Shown: one piece after another, positions 9,353 through 18,302 of the stretch
Numbering within the stretch: the stretch's first letter is position 1
Layout: each line of letters opens with the position of its first letter
NCBI GenBank assembly: GCA_045863395.1
Contig: BTVJ01000008.1
Span: 110,274-174,273, forward strand
Direction of reading: 5' to 3'
Length of the DNA stretch: 64,000 bases
Origin: Myxococcales bacterium
Lineage (GTDB): Bacteria; Myxococcota_A; UBA9042; JABWCM01; BTVJ01
Notes under the pieces: generated by a model
Told to the model about the DNA's origin: nothing
The model's input: only the letters and a program-made list of their open reading frames with translations
Databases searched by the model: none
Made by a program: the position numbers and the translations under genes

Positions 9353-11660
9353 GGCGCTCGACCCGGTCGTCCCCATCGTCCTGCGGCCTCGCGAGCGCCC
9401 CACCTCCTCGCCCAGAGCACCGCTGGCCGCATCGGGACGGGTCGCCCTCGACAAGGTCTCACTGCGCATCATCGGGCTCACGGGCGAGGACGATGCCGTC
9501 GACCTCCGGGAGCGCTTGCGCCGCCTGCCGGGTGTGGAGGCCGCCCAGGTGGACTTCGGGCCGGAGCACGCGACCGTCTGGGTGTCCGATCCCCGGACGA
9601 CGCCCGCCTGGGTCCGGGAGGCGGTGCGCAGCGCAGGGTTCGAGGCGATCCCCGAGGCGGCTCCGCCAGCCAGGGAGGGAGCCCGGCGGCTGCGCGTCGA
9701 GCTGCGGCGCCTGGCAGCGGTGGCCGCAACCGGGGTGCCCGCGTGGCTGCTCGATCTGGCATCCGGCGTGACCGTGGCTACGGGGCTCCCCACGGACGCC
9801 TACCGGCGCGACCTCCAGCTCTTCCTCACCGCGATCACCGTGTTCTGGGGCGCCCGGCACCTCTGGTGGCGCATGGTGAGCCGGGCTGGGCTCGGGCGCA
9901 CCGAGCTGCTGTCCGGTCTCCTGGAGGAGGGCCCGGCGGCTCTCGCCATCGCGCTCGGTTTCGGGGCCGGTCTCATCGGCTTTGGGGCCGGGCTCTCCCT
10001 CGGAGTGCTCGGCACCACCGCCGCCCTCGCGGTGCTGGTCCAGGCGGGGCGGGCGGCGGAGGAGGCCATCCGGCAGCGGGTGCTGCCCGGCGACGAGGCG
10101 CTCACCACCGGCCTGCCCGAGATGGCCGTGGTCCAGTGGGACGAGCGCGAGTTCCTGGTCCGTGCCGACCACCTGGTGCCCGGGGACCTGGTCGTGGTCG
10201 GCGAGCGCGACGTGTGCCCCGTGGGTGGCTACATCGAGCAGGGCGCCGCCGTCATCGACGAGAGCCTGATCACCGGCCGCGAGAGCCCCTCGGAGCGCGT
10301 TGCCGGCGACCAGATCCTGGCGGGGGCTGCAGTGCGCACGGGGCGGCTCGTGGTCCGGGCTCGGCAGGTGGGGGCGCGCACCCTCCTGGCGCGGGTCACG
10401 CGGATGTCCCACGCCGTGCCGCGGACCCGGGGGCCATCCACAGAGGTCGCGGCTCGCCTGGCCATCGCCGTCAACGTCGGCGCCGTCGTCCTCGCCATCG
10501 CAGCGGCCGTGGTGGCGAGCACCCAGGGAGCGTCCCCCATCCTGCCCGCGCTGGCGGTGCTCGCGGCCGTGGGCACGCGGGCCGTCATCCTCTCGGTGCC
10601 GGTCGCGGTGGGCGCCGCAAGCGCGCTGGCGGGGCGGCACGGGATTCTCCTGAGGGACGCGGCGACCTTGGACGCGGCCGCGGACGTGAGGATCGCGGCT
10701 CTCGGGAGGGTCGGGGTGCTGACGACGGGGCGCCCAACTATCCCCCAGCTCAGCGTGCTGGTGGACGACGTGAGCGAGGAGCGCATCCTGGCGGTCGCCG
10801 CGGCCGTCGAGCGCGGGGTGCGGCACCCCGTCGCACGCGCTTTCGTCGAGCTGGCGGCTGAGCGAGGGGCCAGCGTCGCGGGTCTGGCGATCAGCGGCAC
10901 GCGCCGCGTGCCGGGTCATGGGGTCGAGTCGACGGTGGACGGAGCGTCCGTGGCCATCGGCAACGAGGCGCACATGGCTGCGCTCGGGATCGCGCTGCCC
11001 CCCGTCGACCACCCTCTGGGCCCGCTCGACATCCCGCTCGCGCCCAACTTCATCGCCATCGGAGGGCGGGTCGTGGCCGTGGGCTACGTCCTCGACCCGG
11101 TCCGCGAAGACGCGGCGGACGGCGTGTACCTGCTCCGCAAGCGCCGCCTCCGGCCGGTCCTCCTCACGGGCGAGGATCGCCCCGTCGTCGACGCCCTCGC
11201 CCGGGTGGTCGGCGTCGCGGACGTGCACGCGGGAATCCCGCCCGAGGAGCAGCGCCGCATCGTCGCTCGGCTGGCGGAGCAGGGCGGGGTCGCAGCGGTC
11301 GTCGGCGCCCAGAGCGACGTGGGGCTCCTGGGCCCCGCAAGCGTCGGCTTCCTGCTGGTCTCAGACAGCCGGCTCCCCAACGCGGACGCAGGCGTCACCT
11401 TGCTTCGCGGCGCTCTCGACGGCGTCACCGCGACGGTCTCCATCGCCCGGAAGCTCCGTCACGTCGTGCGGGTCGGCCACCTGCTGATCGGCGCCTGGCA
11501 CGTGGTGGTGTTCGGCCTGGCCACCCTGGGCGTCATCTCGCCCGTGGTCGCGGCGCTGTCCGCCATCGCCCTGAGCCTGGCGGTGACGGAGAACGCGCTT
11601 CGAGCCTCGGCCGCCACCGTGGAGCCGCCGCGTCCGCCCAGGTCCATGACCCGCCACTGA
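9345..11660 (+). CDS. Heavy-metal P1B-type ATPase homolog with degenerate catalytic motifs
   Basis: HMA-like N-domain, A-domain 'LVPGDLVVV...IDESLITGRES', HP motif, 'VPGHGV', 'DPVREDA', 'LLTGED'. DKTGT is replaced by GRVGV and CPC by GTR. Confidence 0.85.
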   Translation: MAEALDPVVPIVLRPRERPTSSPRAPLAASGRVALDKVSLRIIGLTGEDDAVDLRERLRRLPGVEAAQVDFGPEHATVWVSDPRTTPAWVREAVRSAGFEAIPEAAPPAREGARRLRVELRRLAAVAATGVPAWLLDLASGVTVATGLPTDAYRRDLQLFLTAITVFWGARHLWWRMVSRAGLGRTELLSGLLEEGPAALAIALGFGAGLIGFGAGLSLGVLGTTAALAVLVQAGRAAEEAIRQRVLPGDEALTTGLPEMAVVQWDEREFLVRADHLVPGDLVVVGERDVCPVGGYIEQGAAVIDESLITGRESPSERVAGDQILAGAAVRTGRLVVRARQVGARTLLARVTRMSHAVPRTRGPSTEVAARLAIAVNVGAVVLAIAAAVVASTQGASPILPALAVLAAVGTRAVILSVPVAVGAASALAGRHGILLRDAATLDAAADVRIAALGRVGVLTTGRPTIPQLSVLVDDVSEERILAVAAAVERGVRHPVARAFVELAAERGASVAGLAISGTRRVPGHGVESTVDGASVAIGNEAHMAALGIALPPVDHPLGPLDIPLAPNFIAIGGRVVAVGYVLDPVREDAADGVYLLRKRRLRPVLLTGEDRPVVDALARVVGVADVHAGIPPEEQRRIVARLAEQGGVAAVVGAQSDVGLLGPASVGFLLVSDSRLPNADAGVTLLRGALDGVTATVSIARKLRHVVRVGHLLIGAWHVVVFGLATLGVISPVVAALSAIALSLAVTENALRASAATVEPPRPPRSMTRH

Positions 11661-11678
11661 GCCACCTCGCTTTTGTGC

Positions 11679-11707
11679 TTGCTTCGCCGAAGGGGCCGTG
11701 CTACAAA
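11679..11707 (+). promoter_or_regulatory. Putative sigma70 promoter of tRNA-Ala
   Basis: TTGCTT-17 nt-TACAAA with extended TG, 17 nt upstream of the tRNA. Confidence 0.55.
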
Positions 11708-11724
11708 CCGCGTCACTTTTCGGC

Positions 11725-11797
11725 GGGGCTGTAGCTCAGCTGGGAGAGCGCCTGAATGGCATTCAGGAGGCCGTCGGTTCGATCCCGATCAGCTCCA
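11725..11797 (+). tRNA. tRNA-Ala(GGC), 3' CCA not encoded
   Basis: Acceptor GGGGCTG/CAGCTCC-A, D-arm TAGCTCAGCTGGGAGAGC, anticodon arm CCTGA-ATGGCAT-TCAGG, T-loop GGTTCGATCCC. Confidence 0.96.
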
Positions 11798-11857
11798 CTG
11801 AAATCGGGGACCTAGCCAGTCCTCGGACGATGCCCGGCGCCCGCGTCGGGCATCGAA

Positions 11858-11898
11858 GACGAAGCCCTCGGAGTCCTGCTCCGGGGGCTTTGTCGTTT
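11858..11898 (+). terminator. Intrinsic terminator downstream of the tRNA
   Basis: Stem GACGAAGCCCTCGGAG / CTCCGGGGGCTTTGTC followed by GTTT; a second hairpin lies at 11828-11855. Confidence 0.65.
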
Positions 11899-11975
11899 CT
11901 GGAGTCCTTGCCAATGGGAAGGGACCGGGCCCGGTCAGCTGTTGGAGCGCTCGTCACCACTCCCGGAGAGCACCC

Positions 11976-13130
11976 ATGGACATGATCGACCGCAGGAAGG
12001 CTCTGGAGCTGATCGTCGCGGGAGCCCTGGCGACGAGCTGCAAGGGCACCGCACCCGCCCAGGAGGCAACCGTCATCGAGCCGAGAGCCCCGCAGGCGCC
12101 ACCGCCCCCGACCAACCCCGTCGCCGTGATCGATCCCGTCGTCGCCGTGACGCCCCTCGGGTTCCCCTGGCGCACCCAGGACCCCTTCCTGTTCTGCGTG
12201 CACCACGATGATCGCTATCCCGCGGGCAACGACCGCATGGGGCCAGCGGCCTCCCTCGCGGGGCGCATGATCGGCCGCGACTTCGAGGGCAAGGACGGCT
12301 GGCGCATGTACCACGGTGAGACGGTGCCCGGGTTCCCCGAGCACCCCCACCGCGGCTTCGAGACCGTCACCGTCGTCCGCACGGGCCTGCTGGACCACGC
12401 CGACTCGCTGGGCGCCGCCGCGCGCTACGGCCGAGGGGACGTGCAGTGGCTGACGGCAGGCGCGGGCATCCAGCACGCAGAGATGTTCCCCCTCCTCGAC
12501 CAGGCGGGCCCCAACCCCGTGGAGCTGTTCCAGATCTGGCTCAACCTGCCCGCGGCGCGCAAGATGGCGAGGCCCTACTTCTCCATGCTCTGGGCGGACA
12601 CCATCCCGCGCCGCGTCACGCCGGAGGGGGCGGAGGTCGCCGTCGTCGCCGGGCGCCTCGGCGACCTCGTGCCGCCGTCCCCGCCTCCCGAGTCCTGGGC
12701 GTCCTCAGCCGAGGCCGACGTGGCCATCTGGACGCTCAAGCTGAGGCCGGGAGCGCGCTTCACCCTCCCGGCCGCCAACGCGGGCACCAACCGGAGCCTG
12801 TACTTCTTCCGGGGCTCGTCGCTCACGCTGGCCGGCCGCCCCATCCCCGCGGGCCACCAGGTGGACCTCCTGGGAGCCGTAGAGGTCTCCCTCCTGGCAG
12901 GCCCCGACGAGGTGGAGCTGCTCCTCCTGCAGGGGCGCCCCATCGGCGAGCCGGTGGTCACACACGGTCCCTTCGTGATGAACACTCAAGCGGAGATCCA
13001 GCAGGCCTTCGCCGACTACCGTCGCACCCGCTTCGGAGGCTGGCCCTGGCCGTCGAGCGACCCGGTCCACCCGCGCGCCGAGGGGCGCTTCGCTCGTCAC
13101 CCGGATGGCCGCGTCGAGCGACCCGCCTGA
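11976..13130 (+). CDS. Pirin family protein with Tat/lipoprotein-like N-terminus
   Basis: 'GFPEHPHRGFETVT', 'DHADSLG', 'GDVQWLTAGAGIQHAE', 'FQIWLNLP', 'GPFVMN'; N-terminus 'IDRRKALELIVAGALATSC'. Confidence 0.92.
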   Translation: MDMIDRRKALELIVAGALATSCKGTAPAQEATVIEPRAPQAPPPPTNPVAVIDPVVAVTPLGFPWRTQDPFLFCVHHDDRYPAGNDRMGPAASLAGRMIGRDFEGKDGWRMYHGETVPGFPEHPHRGFETVTVVRTGLLDHADSLGAAARYGRGDVQWLTAGAGIQHAEMFPLLDQAGPNPVELFQIWLNLPAARKMARPYFSMLWADTIPRRVTPEGAEVAVVAGRLGDLVPPSPPPESWASSAEADVAIWTLKLRPGARFTLPAANAGTNRSLYFFRGSSLTLAGRPIPAGHQVDLLGAVEVSLLAGPDEVELLLLQGRPIGEPVVTHGPFVMNTQAEIQQAFADYRRTRFGGWPWPSSDPVHPRAEGRFARHPDGRVERPA

Positions 13131-14825
13131 TCACCGGACGAACCAGCGCATGGTGAACGCCCCCTGATCAGGCGACGCGCACTCCGTATTGTAGTAAAGT
13201 TCTGTGTTTACGCCTGACTTCTTCATGACCCAGTCGAGCTTCAGACCGGACGTCGAGGTGTTGCAGCAGGCGTGGGCAAAGATGCCGTCGCCCCACAGGC
13301 ACATGCCGTTGGGGTTGAAGGCGCCGGTCCAGGGGGGGGTGTACCAGCCCGCGCTCCCGCCCCCGATGCTCGAGCACTGGAGGATGGACGTCGTCCGGGT
13401 CAGGAGCACGTAGACCTCCGTGTAGGCGAAGGGCACCCCGGTCAATGTGTACTGTCGCGGCGTCACCCCGCAGCCGGTCCCATGCCCCGTCCCCACGACG
13501 TCCGAGCCGCTCCAGCTCGCGGTCCCCTTGCTCACGGAGATGCTCGCCAGGTTGGCGTTCAGCTTGGTCCAGCCGCCCCCGTCCGTCGTCATGTCGCACG
13601 TGACCTGGAACGGCGCCGCGAAGCCGTTGCTGGGATCTAGCCAGTAGGTGCCGCTGCCGGTGGAGTAGCCGCTCTGCAGGATGTCCTTGCACGACCGCGC
13701 CGGCTGCTTGGGGCTCGCGCCCGTGGGTGGCAGGTCGGCGACGGGGTGCCAGGACTTGCCGTCACAGACCTCGACGAGCGTGCCGCTCCAGCGCAGGGAG
13801 CCCGCCTTTCCAGAGGTGCAGTCCGTCGCGTCCGGGCCCAACTGTACATAGGTGGCGCTGCGGAGCGCTCCGGCCCTGGCGAGGCCCGCTACGTCCAGTG
13901 GTGCAGAAGGGGTCGCGGTGCCGACCCCTACGCTCCCCGTGACCGTGGCGTTGCCGGTGATGGCGAGATCACCGAAGCTCGACCCGCCCCCGAACTCCAC
14001 CTTCCTCCACGCACTGTTGGCGGCGCTCCGCACGCGCAGACCCTCGGTGGCCTGTACCCCGAGCCACCCGGTCCCTTGGTCCACCAGCGCTGCGGTCCCC
14101 ACTCCCACGGCGCACCCGGAGTAGCCGGAGGTGCAGGCGTGGAGTCCTCCGCTCACGGTGACGTCCCCGGCCAGCGCGAGGCTCGCGGCAAGGTCACTGC
14201 TGCCAACGCACCCCGTGCATGCCAGGTCTGTAGCGGCTCCACCAGGGGTCGCCGCGCCCGCATAGCTGAACCCTGCCTTCTGCGCGGTGACCGCTCCGTT
14301 CTGGAGGTGCGTGGTGCCGATCGCCTCCGCCGCCAGCTCCGTGGCGCCAACGCAGCCCGTGCAGTCCAGGTCCAGCGCCGCTCCTCCCTTGGAGGACGCC
14401 CCCGCGTAGGCGAAGGACACCTGTCCCGACGCGACACACGACGAGCACGTCAGCGCTCCGGCGCTCGCCGCCACGGTCGCGGTCTTCGCGGACTCGGCAG
14501 TGGGCACGCTCCGAAGCGGGCGCCGGGGCAGCACCTGTCCCCCCACGGTCGCCTCCAGCCACAGGACCGGGTGCTGAGCGAAGAAGCCCTCAGGGATGGA
14601 CGCCAGGGTCACGTCGTAGACGCCTCCCACGACGTCCACCGGGGCGCCGGTCTGTGTGAACAGCGCCGAGCCCCCGGTCTCCGCCGCGAAGAGCTTGAAG
14701 CCCATGGTGAAGGAGCCGCTCGCGGGGGAGCCCCCGGCCGTGTGCAGCACGCCCTGGAGCTCCACCTCGACGGCGTAGGCTGGCGTCGCTGCGACCAGAC
14801 AAAGGATCGCGACACGTGCCCACAT
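13131..14825 (-). CDS. Secreted protein with CxxC repeats and fibrinogen-like C-terminal region
   Basis: Signal peptide; repeats 'YAG..GGAA.DL.CTGCVG'; fibrinogen-like 'ARSCKDILQSGYSTGSGTYWLDP...VTCDMTTDGGGWT'. Confidence 0.8.
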   Translation of the reverse strand: MWARVAILCLVAATPAYAVEVELQGVLHTAGGSPASGSFTMGFKLFAAETGGSALFTQTGAPVDVVGGVYDVTLASIPEGFFAQHPVLWLEATVGGQVLPRRPLRSVPTAESAKTATVAASAGALTCSSCVASGQVSFAYAGASSKGGAALDLDCTGCVGATELAAEAIGTTHLQNGAVTAQKAGFSYAGAATPGGAATDLACTGCVGSSDLAASLALAGDVTVSGGLHACTSGYSGCAVGVGTAALVDQGTGWLGVQATEGLRVRSAANSAWRKVEFGGGSSFGDLAITGNATVTGSVGVGTATPSAPLDVAGLARAGALRSATYVQLGPDATDCTSGKAGSLRWSGTLVEVCDGKSWHPVADLPPTGASPKQPARSCKDILQSGYSTGSGTYWLDPSNGFAAPFQVTCDMTTDGGGWTKLNANLASISVSKGTASWSGSDVVGTGHGTGCGVTPRQYTLTGVPFAYTEVYVLLTRTTSILQCSSIGGGSAGWYTPPWTGAFNPNGMCLWGDGIFAHACCNTSTSGLKLDWVMKKSGVNTELYYNTECASPDQGAFTMRWFVR

Positions 14826-14962
14826 GCTGACCTCCCGAGCCGGTGGCGACAACCGTCAGGGTGCCCCGGAGTGGCTCCCTGGATCAAGCTGGGACGGGCA
14901 GAGTCGACGGCGCGCTCGGGTGAGGGCCTCGGGAGGGTGCGGGCGCAGCAGGGATCGAGGCT

Positions 14963-17900
14963 CTAGCAGCCCTCGTCCACCAGCCCGTCGCAGTCGTTGT
15001 CGACCGCATCGCCGCAGGTCTCGCCAACACCCGGGTTGATGAACGGCTGGTTGTCGTTGCAGTCCGTCAGGTAGTCGCTCCAGGCGTGGTTCTTCCAGCA
15101 GGTGCACTTCCACTCCGCCGTGTTGGCGGTGCCGAAGCCGTCCTGGTCCACGTCCGGCGCCTGGAAGTTGCAGCCCGCCGAGTTCTCGGCGTCCACGACG
15201 CCGTCGCAGTTGTCGTCCCACCCATTGCAGGTCTCGGGGAACGTAGGCGCCACGGCCGACTCGTAGGGCTCGCAGTCCAGCCAGTCGACGGTCCCGTCGT
15301 TGTCGTCGTCCGGGTCGCAGGCGTCGCCCATGGAGTCGCCGTCGAAGTTCGCCTGGTTGGTGTTGGCCACGTACGGGCAGTTGTCCCAGGAGTTCGGGAC
15401 CTGGTCGCCGTCGATGTCCAGGTCGCAGGCGTCGCCGATGCCGTCGCCGTCCATGTCCTCCTGGTTCGGGTTCTTGACCAGCGGGCAGCTGTCGTTGGCG
15501 TCGTCCACTTCATCGCCGTCCGTGTCCGGCGTGCAGGCGTCGCCCACGCCGTTCATGTCCGCGTCCTCCTGGCCGGGGTTGGGCACGAGCGGGCAGTTGT
15601 CGTCGTCGTTGGGCGTACCGTCGTTGTCGGCGTCCGGATCGCACGCGTCGCCCACTCCGTCGCCGTCCGTGTCCGTCTGGTCCGCGTTGGGCCAGCTCAC
15701 GCAGTTGTCGTCCGGATCCTTGACCCCGTCCTTGTCCGTATCGGGGATGCAGGCGATGACCGGGTCGCCCGCGCAGATGCCGCCCGAGCAGATGGTGTTC
15801 TCGGTGCAGACGTCCCCATCATCGCAGGGCCCCGAGAACGCCACGTTGGTGCAGCCCTGGGTCGGGTGGCAGTAGTCGGCCGTGCACGGATCGCCGTCGT
15901 CGCAGTCGCCGATGTCCGTCACGTGCAGGCAGTTGGCCCACGGGTCGCAGTAGTCCTGGGTGCAGGGGTTGCCGTCATCGCACGTGGTCAGCACGAAGCC
16001 GATGCAGAGCCCGTTGATGCACTGATCGACCATGGTGCAGTTGTTGTAGTCGTTGCAGGGCTTGTTGTTCAGGTGGTAGACGCAGCCCTTGTCGGGCTCG
16101 CACGCGTCCGTCGTGCAGGCGTTGCCGTCGTCACAGTTGATCGGCGTGTGCACGCACAGCCCCTCCTGGGTCTGGCAGTGATCGATCGTGCAGGCGTTGC
16201 CGTCGTCGCAGGGCTCGACCCCGTCCACGGGGATCCCCATCACGCAGGACCAGCACCCCATGTCGAGCTTGTGGTAGCAGCCGGCCTGGCCGTCGCCGTC
16301 CTTGTCGTAGGGGTCGCAGGAGTCCTTGGTGCACAGTGACAGGTCGTTGGAGGTCGGGTCGTCGTAGCAGTTGACCTCCTGGTAGGCGCACTTGCCGGTG
16401 ACCGTGTCGCAGAGATCGATGGTGCAGGCGTTGCCGTCGAAGCACTCCGCGTCCACCGTGCAGGGCTTGACCGTGTAGTTCATGCACCCCAGGTACTTGT
16501 GGCACCAGTCCTGGGTGGAGTCGTTGCCGTCGTCACAGTCCTCCGGCGTATGCACACAGAAGTTGTTGACGCACTTGTCCGTGACACAGGCGGTGCCGCT
16601 GTTGCAGTCGTCGTCCGTGTAGCAGCAGTCGAGCGAGCTGCACTCAGGATACCCCCCACCGATCGGTCCGGGCTGACCGCCCAGGTTGGGGATCACGTGT
16701 ACGCAGTTGTCGATCTTCTCGCCGAGGGGGTCGCCGCCCGGGATGATCAGGCCGGCGCCGATGCCCGGGTCACAGTAGTCGTAGGTCATGGGGTCGCCGT
16801 CGCCGCACTTCTTCTTGTGGTGCTGGCAGACGCCGTACTGGCAGATGTCCACGGTGCAGGAGTCGCCGTCCTCGCACTCCTCGTGGCTCGTGCACTTGCA
16901 GGGGTAGAGCACCGGCGTGAACGTGCAGCCGGGGCCGAAGCCGTCCTGGAAGTTCTCGTTGCACGAGTCGAAGGTGCAGGGGTCGCCGTCGTTGCACGGC
17001 ATGGGCTTGAACTCGCAGTTGCCCGTGAGTCCGTTGGGCCCGATGTCGATGGAGCAGTGGTCCGTCGTGCAGGAGTCGCCGTCCATGCAGGCGTTGAACA
17101 CGCAGCCCCCGACCGCCTTGTCGCAGGTGTCGAACGTGCAGGGGTCGCCGTCGTCGCAGATGGCCGGGATGCCGGTGCAGGCGCCGTCCTGGCAGGAGTC
17201 GTTGGCCGTGCAGGCGTCCCCATCGTCGCACAGTCCATAGTTGGGCTCATGGAAGCACTTGCCGGTCGCCTGGTCGCACCCGTCGTCGGTGCAGGGGTCG
17301 CCGTCACCGCAGGCCATGGGCTGACCGGCCTTGCAGGAGCCCCCGGCGCACGCGTCGTTGACCGTGCACAGGTTGCCGTCGTCGCACGAGGCGTTGTTGG
17401 GGGTCGACACGCAGTCGCCGCCCACACACCCGTCAGTGGTGCAGGGGTTGCCGTCGTCGCACCCCTTGGCGGTCCCCACGCAGGCCCCATCAACGCACTG
17501 GTCGTCCAGGGTGCAGGAGTCGCCGTCGTCGCAGTAGCCTCCCTGGGGCTCGTAGACGCAGCCCGACCCGGGCTTGCAGGTGTCCTTGGTGCAGGGGTTG
17601 CCGTCGTCGCAGACGAGGCCGCCGCCGCCCGGCGTGCACACGCCGGCCTGGCAGGTGCCCGCGGGCTGGCAGGCGTTCCCGGGGGCGCATACCCCACCGT
17701 CGGGCGCGTTGGCGAGCTTGCACTTGAACTTGGTGAGGTCGCAGAGGGCGACCTTGCAGGCGGGCGCGTTCGGGAACGCGGCGGCGCAGTCGGCGTCCGC
17801 GATACACTCCTTGGGTGGGTCGATGGTGCCGGGGCCGGTGTCTTCCGCCGACGCCGTGTCCGGCTTGGACCCCGCGTCGTCGGGGGTGCGCGCAATGTCG

Positions 17901-18091
17901 GCCTCGCCGATGTCGCTCACCTGGACCACGTCTGGAGCGGCGATCTCCTGGCAGGCCCCGGACACGCACTCCTGCCCGCTCGGGCAGGGGTTGGACTCGC
18001 TGCACTCACCGCCCCCGGAGGCCGGGAGGTCACAGGCGGCCAGCGCAAAGAAGGTGGAGAACGATGCAGCCAGCAGAGTAGGGCGGCGCAT
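14963..18091 (-). CDS. Cys-rich lipoprotein with CDDGNxCTxDxC repeats, thrombospondin type-3 repeats and C-terminal MopE-like metal-binding motifs
   Basis: Lipobox LAAC; roughly 20 'CDDG(N/D)xCTxDxC' units; 'DNCPLVPNPGQEDADMNGVGDAC' TSP3 repeats; 'ETCNGWDDNCDGVVD' and 'ETCGDAVDNDCDGLVDEGC'. Confidence 0.88.
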   Translation of the reverse strand: MRRPTLLAASFSTFFALAACDLPASGGGECSESNPCPSGQECVSGACQEIAAPDVVQVSDIGEADIARTPDDAGSKPDTASAEDTGPGTIDPPKECIADADCAAAFPNAPACKVALCDLTKFKCKLANAPDGGVCAPGNACQPAGTCQAGVCTPGGGGLVCDDGNPCTKDTCKPGSGCVYEPQGGYCDDGDSCTLDDQCVDGACVGTAKGCDDGNPCTTDGCVGGDCVSTPNNASCDDGNLCTVNDACAGGSCKAGQPMACGDGDPCTDDGCDQATGKCFHEPNYGLCDDGDACTANDSCQDGACTGIPAICDDGDPCTFDTCDKAVGGCVFNACMDGDSCTTDHCSIDIGPNGLTGNCEFKPMPCNDGDPCTFDSCNENFQDGFGPGCTFTPVLYPCKCTSHEECEDGDSCTVDICQYGVCQHHKKKCGDGDPMTYDYCDPGIGAGLIIPGGDPLGEKIDNCVHVIPNLGGQPGPIGGGYPECSSLDCCYTDDDCNSGTACVTDKCVNNFCVHTPEDCDDGNDSTQDWCHKYLGCMNYTVKPCTVDAECFDGNACTIDLCDTVTGKCAYQEVNCYDDPTSNDLSLCTKDSCDPYDKDGDGQAGCYHKLDMGCWSCVMGIPVDGVEPCDDGNACTIDHCQTQEGLCVHTPINCDDGNACTTDACEPDKGCVYHLNNKPCNDYNNCTMVDQCINGLCIGFVLTTCDDGNPCTQDYCDPWANCLHVTDIGDCDDGDPCTADYCHPTQGCTNVAFSGPCDDGDVCTENTICSGGICAGDPVIACIPDTDKDGVKDPDDNCVSWPNADQTDTDGDGVGDACDPDADNDGTPNDDDNCPLVPNPGQEDADMNGVGDACTPDTDGDEVDDANDSCPLVKNPNQEDMDGDGIGDACDLDIDGDQVPNSWDNCPYVANTNQANFDGDSMGDACDPDDDNDGTVDWLDCEPYESAVAPTFPETCNGWDDNCDGVVDAENSAGCNFQAPDVDQDGFGTANTAEWKCTCWKNHAWSDYLTDCNDNQPFINPGVGETCGDAVDNDCDGLVDEGC

Positions 18092-18302
18092 GTCGAGGCC
18101 TCTCAGATGACTTATCCGCTGCGGGACCGCATCAGGGACAGCGTCTCGAAGCGGATGAAGATGATCCCAGGTCGGGTGCAGTGTACGCCCCATCCCAGCA
18201 AAAGCGGAACCGGTAGATACGACGATTCGGTTACATTGAAAAGGACGTTGACGTCCGAACGGACTTGAACTGGCGGGAATTGACGCATCCCCCCCGGGGA
18301 CG

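Noticed and set aside
11725..11975. tRNA-Ala as an integration site for an island
   Set aside because: No integrase nearby, and I saw no duplicated tRNA 3' end in the window.
14963..17700. Periodic DNA repeats (GCAGGGGTTGCCGTCGTCGCA-like) resembling a CRISPR array
   Set aside because: They are in-frame coding repeats (CDDGNPCT), degenerate at synonymous sites; no cas genes.
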